From: the human T2T-CHM13v2.0 reference genome, Homo sapiens
Reading direction: 5' to 3' (one strand)
NCBI RefSeq assembly: GCF_009914755.1
Contig: NC_060942.1
Length of the DNA: 64,000 nucleotides
Under the pieces are notes generated by a model that did not search any database, had not been told where the DNA came from, and saw only the letters and a list, made by a program, of their open reading frames with translations. Within the stretch, counting starts at the first letter, position 1, and each line of letters begins with the position of its first letter. A program made the position numbers and the translations under genes. Positions 30,025 through 41,983 of the stretch are shown one piece after another.

Positions 30025-33000
30025 TTAAAATAACTAAAGCTAATTCTGTTTGAAAATCAAACTGTTGAGGGAAAGGGAAGCTAAAATGAGATCGTTCTAT
30101 TTTATCTTTTAAAAGAGAGGACTGAGATTTATTTTTGTAATGTTTTTAAGCAAAAGAATCTATTTTTAAGACAGTAGTACTTAGGAATTGGGGTGGAAAG
30201 CGAAGAAAACTTTCAGACATAAACATTCCTCTTTGTATTCAGTATAACTGAGAAATGAAGTGGGAGTTATACATTTTTTTCCCCTCCAAGTGGAATGGAA
30301 CACTTGCTCTTGCCTTCCAGAATGTGGGAAGGGAAAGGGTAATAGGACAATGTGATTGTGGGTATGAAAAACATTCCTATAAACCAAAAAAGAAGTGTGA
30401 AGTTACAGAGTGGTATCCATTCCATTAGTTATACAACCCCAGAGAGGGGAGTCCAGGCACCACAGTGATCTCGGGTTTCAGACGACACGATGCGCTTTCG
30501 GTTGGCCACTGCACTCAGAAATGCCCATTATGCATTTTCAGCTTCTAGTCGGCCTTCCTGCAGGTGAACTAGGATGACTGACTCACTTTTTAAAACTACC
30601 ATCAGTTCACTCTGACCTCTTACCACGTCCCACTGCTTCACGCTGGACTCCCCCACGTCCCCCATGAGAAGAGTATAAACCTTAGGTGGAGTAGAGGGAT
30701 GGGGACAGGGTGAGGCTGGATCACTGTGGAGAAAGAGTTGCTTCTCAACCCCTTGAGGGGTTTGCAGGCATGGGAGTTCCTCTCTGGGGCCTTCTAGATC
30801 CTAACTCTGCTTTAGCTGGGCAGGTAGGAAAAGATGGGGTGATGTGGAGGTCAACAAGTTTAGCATTAACTCAGTGATTCAGTACGGCTGCTGTGCATGC
30901 GTTTATAAATCAGGAGGTTCCTGTACGTGCAACAGCAGAAAAAGGTGAGAAGAGCCATATTAACCTTCCCAGGGTTCATAAGAATGTCAGACAGTCGCAC
31001 TGCCGACCACTCAAGTTTGGTTTCATGGGGTGACCTTTCCTCATTCATGTGGTTGTATGTTCTGGGCCTCCCACCCACTGAGTATTTGAATTATCTCTTA
31101 TCTTCTTTTTGTTCCTGAACTGACTGCCCTCTGGGATGAACAGTGTGAAACTGTATAAAGTCTTTTGCTCACCAAAGTCATAAAGAGAGGGCAAATGACA
31201 TTAAAATCCTGTGAAGCTCGAAAGAAAGAGTTGGGGGACTAGGGCAGAGCCCCACTACCATGGGGACTTCCAGAGCCTGAGCCCAAGCTTTGCATCAGTT
31301 AAAAATCTACTTTTCAGTCCCTTTCAACCCTGGTGGGGCAGGGGGTGGTGTCTTGAGTTTTCTAATCACAGTGACCTCCAACTTTAGATCAACATGGTTG
31401 GTAAGGATAGATCACAGGGATACTCTGCTAATGGCAGCTTTATTGTGAGTATTCCATTTACAACACCAGGATGATGAATAGAAAGAAGAGTGGTGACATT
31501 CAGGGATTATTTGTAAGTGGGTGGATTCTTTTGTGGATATAGTGCCTGACAGATGGCTTTTTCATTCCCCACGTTTTGCAGTTTAAATGTTCAATTTCAT
31601 TTAAAAAACAAAACCATAATCACAGACTTTCCACTGAATCTGACTTCTCATAGATATTTGTACGTCAGTATCCCTTTAGAGATGTTAATGTTTTATTTCC
31701 TGTGTACTTTTTGCATCGGTGGTAGCTTGGTGCTGGGGGTATGTTATTCCCCCTCTGTTTCCGCAGGCGCCCCTCTGAGAGAAGAGTGGTCACAGAATGT
31801 TTTCTCTATGCTGAGTAAGCCATCGAAAGAAAAGCACATGTGACTTCTTCAGCTCGGTATTAACCGAGACAGGTGTGAATAGAAGCGGATTTATTCTTCA
31901 GCTCCCATCGAACCCTAAGTGTTGATTTCGCCTTCAACAGTAGTTTTTTCTAACCAAATTCTTCAGTGTGTTTGGATGTGTCCCCAGAGTGAGTTAATAT
32001 ACTGAGGGTCTTAGCAGCTGTTGATAGATTTGTGGTGTATATGAGTTTTCTCAGGCATGTGTATTCTCACTGAGTAGAAATTCTCTCTTGACCCTGGAAT
32101 AGTTACTTTTATTAGGAATGTGTGATGTTTTCTAGATTGTACAAGAAAAAAAAAATCAAGTGCTTCAGTAAGATGTGGAAGGAGGCAACGTGTCAGGGAC
32201 CACTAAAGCAGATTCGAAGGAAGGATAATGACACAGCAAATACCGAAGGGCAGAGTCTGTCTAGGAACACGCATCTAAATTGGCTAGGTGAATTCTTCCA
32301 CTGAAAGTTGCCTGAAGTCAGCTGCTACCCTCTTCCCTTCCGACTGACTGCTGCTTGCTTCATTCCCCTTTCTCTTCTCTCACTCTCTTCTCTTCCCTCT
32401 TTCCTTTCCTTCTCTTCCTGGCTGTTTGCCTCCACTGCAGAAGGAACAGATCCAAGAGATCCCCTCACTTGCTGAGGGCCCCAGAGCTAGTGAGTGACAG
32501 AGCTGGGTCCAGCCCTGTTCTTCTGTTATAAACCCAGTGCCTGTCTTGGTGTTGCGTTATTTGACATTTATGCTAGAAAGATGAGTGACACTTTGCCTGT
32601 CCTCAGGCAGCTTACAGGCCAGTATGTAAGAGGAGACAAGTACACACAGACTGGAGTAGAGACCAGGAAACAGTAGAGTCTCAGGATGGAAGGCTGGGGT
32701 TCCAGGGAGCAGAACATGCCCCCTGCAGTGGAGGCTTTATCTCCCCTGACAATCACTTGTCCTCTGCGGGTCGGGGGAAGAGCCCCTTTTAAAGATCCCT
32801 CAAGCACTGCATGTATTCATATATCCTTCATGTTTAGTAATGGCTGTGACCATCCATTTTTCTAAAACTCTCCATCCTCCTATCATCTGGGAATGTTTCT
32901 TTTTTAACAAACATAATAGGGAAAATTAGGGTTAAATAAAAATGGACAGAATCAGCTCCTTAGGGTTTTTTTTTTTTAAAAAGTCCCAAATGGAATTTAT

Positions 33001-33549
33001 TAGCAGATATCCTGCAGTAGCTGTGGATGCTGATTTCTTTCTTCTGTGGATGAATATTGAAATCTGTACTTGCCTTTTTTGATTGTGGTATGTTTCTTTT
33101 AATAAGGTATCCCAAATCTGATGGTGACGATGATAGTGATAATTTTGCCAGCAGAATTAAATACTGTCAAGATCAAAATATGTTGGAAGTAGCTTTTTAT
33201 GAAAGGGACACATTTTCTAGTTGCTACACCAGAACCTGTTTTTCTAGGCTACAGCAGTTTCAATCAACTTCATTCTTGTTAGCTGGGAGCCACGCTGGTA
33301 ACACCGTATAGCAGTGTGGAGGGCTTACTTTTGAAGCTAAAATTATCTAGGTCTTACATGTATTTTCTCGATGTTTGTCCACTTGGACTCAGAGTTTCGT
33401 AGTTACCGTAAATGCAGTTACCTCCTTGCTCTTTCTTAGTAATCGTTATGTTAGTGTGAATTGTATAGGGGTTTTATCTCATCGTGAGGAAATACCAATT
33501 ACTGATGGAACTATTTTCTGCTCATTTAACAGAACATCTGCTCAAATTA

Positions 33550-35895
33550 ATGACCATGGGGGATATGAAGACCCCAGACTTTGATGACCTCCTGGCAGCA
33601 TTTGACATCCCAGATATGGTCGATCCTAAAGCAGCTATTGAGTCTGGACACGATGACCATGAAAGCCACATGAAGCAGAATGCTCACGGAGAGGATGACT
33701 CCCACGCACCATCATCTTCTGATGTGGGTGTCAGCGTTATCGTCAAGAATGTTCGGAACATTGACTCTTCCGAGGGCGGGGAGAAAGACGGCCACAACCC
33801 CACTGGCAATGGCTTACATAATGGGTTTCTCACAGCATCCTCCCTTGACAGTTACAGTAAAGATGGAGCAAAGTCCTTGAAAGGAGATGTGCCTGCCTCT
33901 GAGGTGACACTGAAAGACTCGACATTCAGCCAGTTTAGCCCGATCTCCAGTGCTGAAGAGTTTGATGACGACGAGAAGATTGAGGTGGATGACCCCCCTG
34001 ACAAGGAGGACATGCGATCAAGCTTCAGGTCGAATGTGTTGACGGGGTCGGCTCCCCAGCAGGACTACGATAAGCTGAAGGCACTCGGAGGGGAAAACTC
34101 CAGCAAAACTGGACTCTCTACGTCAGGCAATGTGGAGAAAAACAAAGCTGTTAAGAGAGAAACAGAAGCCAGTTCTATAAACCTGAGTGTTTATGAACCT
34201 TTTAAAGTCAGAAAAGCAGAGGATAAATTGAAGGAAAGCTCTGACAAGGTGCTGGAAAACAGAGTCCTAGATGGGAAGCTGAGCTCCGAGAAGAATGACA
34301 CCAGCCTCCCCAGCGTTGCGCCATCAAAGACAAAGTCGTCCTCCAAGCTCTCGTCCTGCATCGCTGCCATCGCGGCTCTCAGCGCTAAAAAGGCGGCTTC
34401 AGACTCCTGCAAAGAACCAGTGGCCAATTCGAGGGAATCCTCCCCGTTACCAAAAGAAGTAAATGACAGTCCGAGAGCCGCTGACAAGTCTCCTGAATCC
34501 CAGAATCTCATCGACGGGACCAAAAAACCATCCCTGAAGCAACCGGATAGTCCCAGAAGCATCTCAAGTGAGAACAGCAGCAAAGGATCCCCGTCCTCTC
34601 CCGCAGGGTCCACACCAGCAATCCCCAAAGTCCGCATAAAAACCATTAAGACATCTTCTGGGGAAATCAAGAGAACAGTGACCAGGGTATTGCCAGAAGT
34701 GGATCTTGACTCTGGAAAGAAACCTTCCGAGCAGACAGCGTCCGTGATGGCCTCTGTGACATCCCTTCTGTCGTCTCCAGCATCAGCCGCCGTCCTTTCC
34801 TCTCCCCCCAGGGCGCCTCTCCAGTCTGCGGTCGTGACCAATGCAGTTTCCCCTGCAGAGCTCACCCCCAAACAGGTCACAATCAAGCCTGTGGCTACTG
34901 CTTTCCTCCCAGTGTCTGCTGTGAAGACGGCAGGATCCCAAGTCATTAATTTGAAGCTCGCTAACAACACCACGGTGAAAGCCACGGTCATATCTGCTGC
35001 CTCTGTCCAGAGTGCCAGCAGCGCCATCATTAAAGCTGCCAACGCCATCCAGCAGCAAACTGTCGTGGTGCCGGCATCCAGCCTGGCCAATGCCAAACTC
35101 GTGCCAAAGACTGTGCACCTTGCCAACCTTAACCTTTTGCCTCAGGGTGCCCAGGCCACCTCTGAACTCCGCCAAGTGCTAACCAAACCTCAGCAACAAA
35201 TAAAGCAGGCAATAATCAATGCAGCAGCCTCGCAACCCCCCAAAAAGGTGTCTCGAGTCCAGGTGGTGTCGTCCTTGCAGAGTTCTGTGGTGGAAGCTTT
35301 CAACAAGGTGCTGAGCAGTGTCAATCCAGTCCCTGTTTACATCCCAAACCTCAGTCCTCCCGCCAATGCAGGGATCACGTTACCGACGCGTGGGTACAAG
35401 TGCTTGGAGTGTGGGGACTCCTTTGCACTTGAAAAGAGTCTGACCCAGCACTACGACAGACGGAGCGTGCGCATCGAAGTAACGTGCAACCATTGTACAA
35501 AGAACCTCGTTTTTTACAACAAATGCAGCCTCCTTTCCCATGCCCGTGGGCATAAGGAGAAAGGGGTGGTAATGCAATGCTCCCACTTAATTTTAAAGCC
35601 AGTCCCAGCAGATCAAATGATAGTTTCTCCGTCAAGCAATACTTCCACTTCAACTTCCACTCTTCAGAGCCCTGTGGGAGCTGGCACACACACTGTCACA
35701 AAAATTCAGTCTGGCATAACTGGGACAGTCATATCGGCTCCTTCAAGCACTCCCATCACCCCAGCCATGCCCCTAGATGAAGACCCCTCCAAACTGTGTA
35801 GACATAGTCTAAAATGTTTGGAGTGTAATGAAGTCTTCCAGGACGAGACATCACTGGCTACACATTTCCAGCAGGCTGCAGATACGAGTGGACAA
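33550..35895 (+). CDS. ZNF532: ZNF532 first coding exon (exon 33533-35895, 17-nt UTR, 782 codons): acidic N-terminus, Ser/Pro/Ala-rich region, first C2H2-like fingers
   Basis: Acceptor ctcatttaacAG at 33531-32; ATG 33550; ORF track 33484..35940; ZNF532/592/687 motif MGDMKTPDFDDLLAAFDIPD; CLEC, CNHC..H..H and CLEC fingers; donor CAA|gtagag at 35896, phase 0. Confidence 0.95.
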
Positions 35896-35994
35896 GTAGA
35901 GTATCATTTAAATTTTTGTGTTTCAGTGATGAGTCTGTAGGCATGAGTGCTTGATAAGATGCCCTTGATTTTAGGGTGGGAATGCAGTGAAATG

Positions 35995-35997
<3 letters not shown>

Positions 35998-36045
<48 letters not shown>
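35998..36045 (+). repeat. (GT)24 microsatellite
   Basis: Perfect dinucleotide run about 100 nt after the giant-exon donor. Confidence 0.95.
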
Positions 36046-36048
<3 letters not shown>

Positions 36049-36120
36049 GGGAGGGGAGGGGGAATGCCTGTGCAGCCGGGCACATGATCCAGTAAGGATT
36101 GTTTTCATAGAATAGAAACA

Positions 36121-36355
36121 ATTAGCTGGGGATGTGGTGGTGGCAGTGGTGTTGGAGGTGGTAGCAGGAGTGGTAGTGGCAGTGGTGGTTGTGGTTGTGG
36201 CAGCAGTGGCGTGTGCCTGTTGCGCCAGCTATATTCGGGAGGCTGAGGTGGGAAGATTGCTTGAGCCCAGGAGTTTGAAGCTGCAGTGAGCTGTGATTGA
36301 GCCACTGCACTGTAGCCTAGCATTGGGGCGAGATCATATCTCTTTAAAAAAAAAA
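36121..36355 (+). mobile_element. Alu right arm with an internal expanded GTG-type triplet tract
   Basis: attagctggg + about 80 nt of GTG/GCA triplets + gcgtgtgcctgt; TSD gaatagaaacaat / gaacagaaacaat. Confidence 0.85.
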
Positions 36356-37005
36356 GAACAGAAACAATGTTGAAACATGAATCTTATTTTAGTAAAACGA
36401 GTTTTTTGAGGGGAGGATAATATATATATACTAGTTGAGTTGTGGAACTTTAGATTTTGGTAATCGTTTGGTCATTGGAATGTATATTGAAAGTCTGAGA
36501 TTTAGCGGATTATAGTGTCATCCCATTGTATTAAGTATTTGAGCCCGGCTTCATCATCAGAGCTCCTGAGTTAGTGACAATTTTGATATTTAGAAAAATA
36601 CTTACTGTTATTTATTTATCTATCTGCTGGCAGCTCTACTGAGCTTACTGTTGTTATTTATAATGCTGATCTTACTTTTACAGTTAAATGCATTTATCAG
36701 TACCCATTTCTGTGGCATGTCTGCTTACTTAAGATGGTGGTCCAGAAGTGTGTTCAGTAATATCCTTCACTGCAATGAATTTAAGCCACAAATGGCAAAC
36801 CCATCTCCAATTAAACAGAATACCTTTGTGTGTGTTTGCAGCTTTTGTTTTGTAGTGAAGTGCAGGTCAATGTTGGTGAATTACATTTCACAGTGGGCAT
36901 CAATCAGCCTTTTATCTCCATCATTTGCTACTTCATGAGGCAACTTTTAGCTAATAGATAAATGTGTTTATCATAAATATATAATCTATTATTTGGAAGT
37001 AATTA

Positions 37006-37413
<408 letters not shown>

Positions 37414-38868
37414 CTAATATACTCTGCTCCTCAAACATCTCTATAAAGATTTAACAGTAAACTGGGCTTTCCTTTTTTTCTCCCTCCAATATTTTGTTAA
37501 TTAATTAGGATGTTTATGCCGCAATTCAGAAGTTTGGTGCTATCTTGGTGATTAGTTCCTCAGGGTAATTACTGGTTTAAGTTCTTTGTAGCATTTTCAG
37601 TTTGGGGAACAAAAGATCAAGAATACCCCGGTAATTTTTTTATCTGGTTTTTCAGTTCAGTGGAAATGGAAGCAATAAAGAGTTTTGACAGCATTCTTGC
37701 AGGTTTGAATGTTAAATGTTTCATTGGCTCTGGCAGTAAAATGCTCAAAAAATAGGAAAGCAGCAACTTAGTTCAAGAAGGCTATGATGGCTCCAGCTGT
37801 TAACCTAGCCCGGTGACAATGCCTGGGTTCTGTCTACATGGATGTCCTCCCATCTTGACACCGCTTCATCAAAGGATAATATTTCTTTTCATCCTAACAG
37901 GATGCAGTAAAAAAGGGGAAAAAGCCAAAAAGCTCTTTCTTCATTTCTGTTGTCTTCGTGTCTGTGTCTGCTGGTGGGCTGTGTAGAGCGGTCGACTGTG
38001 TCCTGGCTTAGGAGGGTTCTCACTATGAGCTGTGTGCTCTGTATCTGGCCTTTGGAGCTACCCTCAGATGTGTCTGTCTGAGACCTCCTTCTCTGAGAGC
38101 AAGGAAGGGCATGAGCAGGCGGGTAGGAATGTCCTTATTCCCTGCGTTTCCCTAGTTTTTGTTCTTTATTAACCTTTTAGGCTCAACAGCCAAACTAGGG
38201 TGAAACGGGTGAAACTCTGTCCCCAGGAGGAGAGATGAACATCTTTTCTTTTGTGTGTGGTTGCTTTGGCATCACTTTTGTATCTTGCTGGGACGAGTAC
38301 GCAGGTCACCCGTTTGACGCGGAATCCCAAGGAGTGAATCAGGGCAGAATGTATATTTAACTCTCAGACCAGATACACACAAGCAAAACACTCACCTCCT
38401 GATCTGTTTCCGTTTTGCAGCCATCCACTCACCTATGTAGGCCACTCAGCTCACCAGCGAAGGGCGTTGGTTTGTAGTGAGCTTCAACCCACTGCATAGC
38501 CAAGCACTGCAGGACCAGCAGTGTGAAAAGGCCCCATAGCACGCTCTCCTCCTGTTCCTCGTCTCCCCTTTCTCACTGGATCTAGAATGCTTCTTCACAG
38601 CTTCCCATTTTCCCAGACTCAGCCAGACTGTGTCACTCAGACCCAAGAGGGGAGTGTGGCTTCTGCCTCAGTAGGAATAGCTGCTGTGTCTTCAGCATTC
38701 ATGGTTTAACCCAACCTGGAGTCTCTTCCTTGGTTCTAGGGGCTCAGTAGGATGCCTGTGGCTGTTGCCATCCTAGCCTCCACATGTGGCCATGGGGGTT
38801 CTCGACCATTACTGTTGCCTGGGGTGCTATCCAGCAGCCATGGGAGTGGGAGGTGGGGGCTGCAGTAA

Positions 38869-39435
<567 letters not shown>

Positions 39436-41497
39436 TAACTCCATTTCCCCATTGACCTCCACATTCTTGGTAGCTCATGGGTGAATTGGAAGAGTATACC
39501 AGTCTACACTGTAACTTTTTTCTGGTGCTCACACCCTGACCTGTGCTTTCTGGGGTAGGAACCCAGTGCAGTTTAAGCCTGTGCCTGTGGCTCTGGGGCA
39601 GGATGCCCTGGGTCTGCACATTAGTGTCTAGTTAGTCTAGTCTCATCACCCGAAGTGGATTCCTGAACCAACCTTGCTGCCACTGTTCATGGTTCAGAAG
39701 GTGTAAAGGGTATGGCCTCTGGGGTCCTTGCTAGACTGGCAGGTCCATCGCCCTTTACTCAGTGCCTTTCAGCTCCTTGGTTTACTGGGTCTGGAGAAAG
39801 GTATGACTTCATTAGCGGAGGGACCTCCTTCCCTTTTTCTTTTGAGATAATTGTAGATTCATGTAACAAATAATACAGAGAGAACTTGTATACCCTTCAT
39901 CCAGTTCCCCACAATGGTAACATCTCACAAAACTATAGAACAGTATCACAGCTGGGACATGAGCGTTGACTCAGTCAAGATACAGAGCTTTTCCAGCACT
40001 ACAAAGATCTCATATTGCTCATTTATAGCCACCCACAGCCTCTCCTCACTCCTTAACCCCTGGCAACCACTAAGCTGTTTTTCATTTCTATAATTTTTTC
40101 ATTTCAGGAATGTTACATAGATGGAATCATATAGTGTATAACTCCTTAGGATTGGCTTTTTTTCACTCAGCATAATTCCCTGGTTGTTGCGTATATCAAT
40201 AGTATATTCCTTTTTATTGCTGAGTAGATTCCATTGTATGGTTATACTATAGTTCATTTAACCATTCACTTGTTGAAAGACATCTGCATTGGATCCAGTT
40301 GGGGGCTATGATGGATAAAGCTATTATTAACATTGTGTATAGGTTTTTTTGTGGACATAAGTTTTTATTTCTCTGGGATAAATGCCTATTTATCATCAGA
40401 GTATAACTGCTGTTTTACATGGTATTTGCACGTTTAGACTCTTAAACTGTTTTTCAGAGTGGCTGTATCATTCTATATTCCCAGGAGCAACACACGAGGG
40501 ATCCAGTTTCTCTGCATCCTCCAGCATTTGGTGCTGTTACCATATTTTATTTTAGCCATTTTGATAGATGTGTGGTATTATTTTATTGTGGTTTCAATTC
40601 ATGTTTCCCTAGTGGCTAATGATGTTGAACACCTTTTCATGGGTTTAATTTGCCATCTGTTTTTCCTTTTTGGTGAAATGTCTCTTCATATCTTTTGCCC
40701 ATTTCTAATTAGGTTGTTTGCTTTTACAACAGATCAATTGGGTTTCACAAGTTCTTGATAGAGCCTAGATACTAGTCTTTTGTTGGCTATGTGGCTGCAA
40801 GTGTTTTCGCCCAGTCTATAGCTTGTCTTTTCATCCTCTTCTTTAGCAGAGCAAAAGTTTGTAATTTTCGTGAAGTCAAGTATATCAGTTTTCCATCTTA
40901 TGACCTCTGCTTTTGGTGTCAAGTCTAAGGCATAGCTCTAGATCCTAAACATTTTCTTCTGTGTTTTTTTCCTCAACGTTTTATAATTCTGTGATTTACA
41001 TTTAAGTCTGTGACTCATTTTGAGTTGATGTTTGTATCAGGTGTGAGATTTAGGTGGAGGGTCATTTTTTCCCCCAATACTTGGCCATTTGTTGAAGATG
41101 CTGTCATCCTCCAATGAACTGCTTTTGCCCCTTTGTCAAGTATCAGTTAGGCATTTGTGTGGGGCTATTTCTGGATTCTTTATTCTGTTCCATTGATCTG
41201 TGTGTCTGTCCCTCTACCAGTATCTACAGTCTGAGTACTGTAATTAGGTAGTCTTCAAGTCTGGTAGATGGATGCTTCCAATTTATTTTTCTTTTCCAAA
41301 ATTGTTTTCACTCATCTAGTTCTTTTGCCTTTTCATATAAATTTTAGAATAATGTTGTGTGTTTCTGTAAAACAACTTGCTGGGATTTTGATAGGAATTG
41401 CATTAAACCTGCATATCAGTTTGGGGGAGAATTGACATCTTTACTATATTGAGCGTTTCAGTCCATGAACATGGGCATAGATTCATCATTTATTTAT

Positions 41498-41550
41498 ACT
41501 GATAAGAACAGATACTACACTTGTTCTTAGCCAAAAGGCCGATAAATGAT
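41498..41550 (-). pseudogene. 3'-truncated, tailless U2 snRNA retrocopy (U2 nt 1-53)
   Basis: Reverse complement ATCATTTATCGGCCTTTTGGCTAAGAACAAGTGTAGTATCTGTTCTTATCAGT matches the U2 5' end at 49/53; flanking direct repeats tcatcatttatttat (41483-97) and tcttcatttatttat (41551-65). Confidence 0.93.
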
Positions 41551-41588
41551 TCTTCATTTATTTATATCTTTGATTCTTTGTTTTGTAG

Positions 41589-41983
<395 letters not shown>

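Noticed and set aside
33484-33549. N-terminal extension of the 818-aa ORF from a GTG start (and its 14-aa tail after 35895)
   Set aside because: The GTG start lies upstream of the acceptor at 33531-32 and the tail lies past the donor; both are intronic read-through of the ORF caller
34191-35126. 311-aa antisense ORF over the giant exon
   Set aside because: Shadow of the sense codon usage; no domain, promoter or splice support
37880-37910. Acceptor-like tttcttttcatcctaacAG
   Set aside because: No convincing paired donor or conserved reading frame visible; such motifs are common in introns
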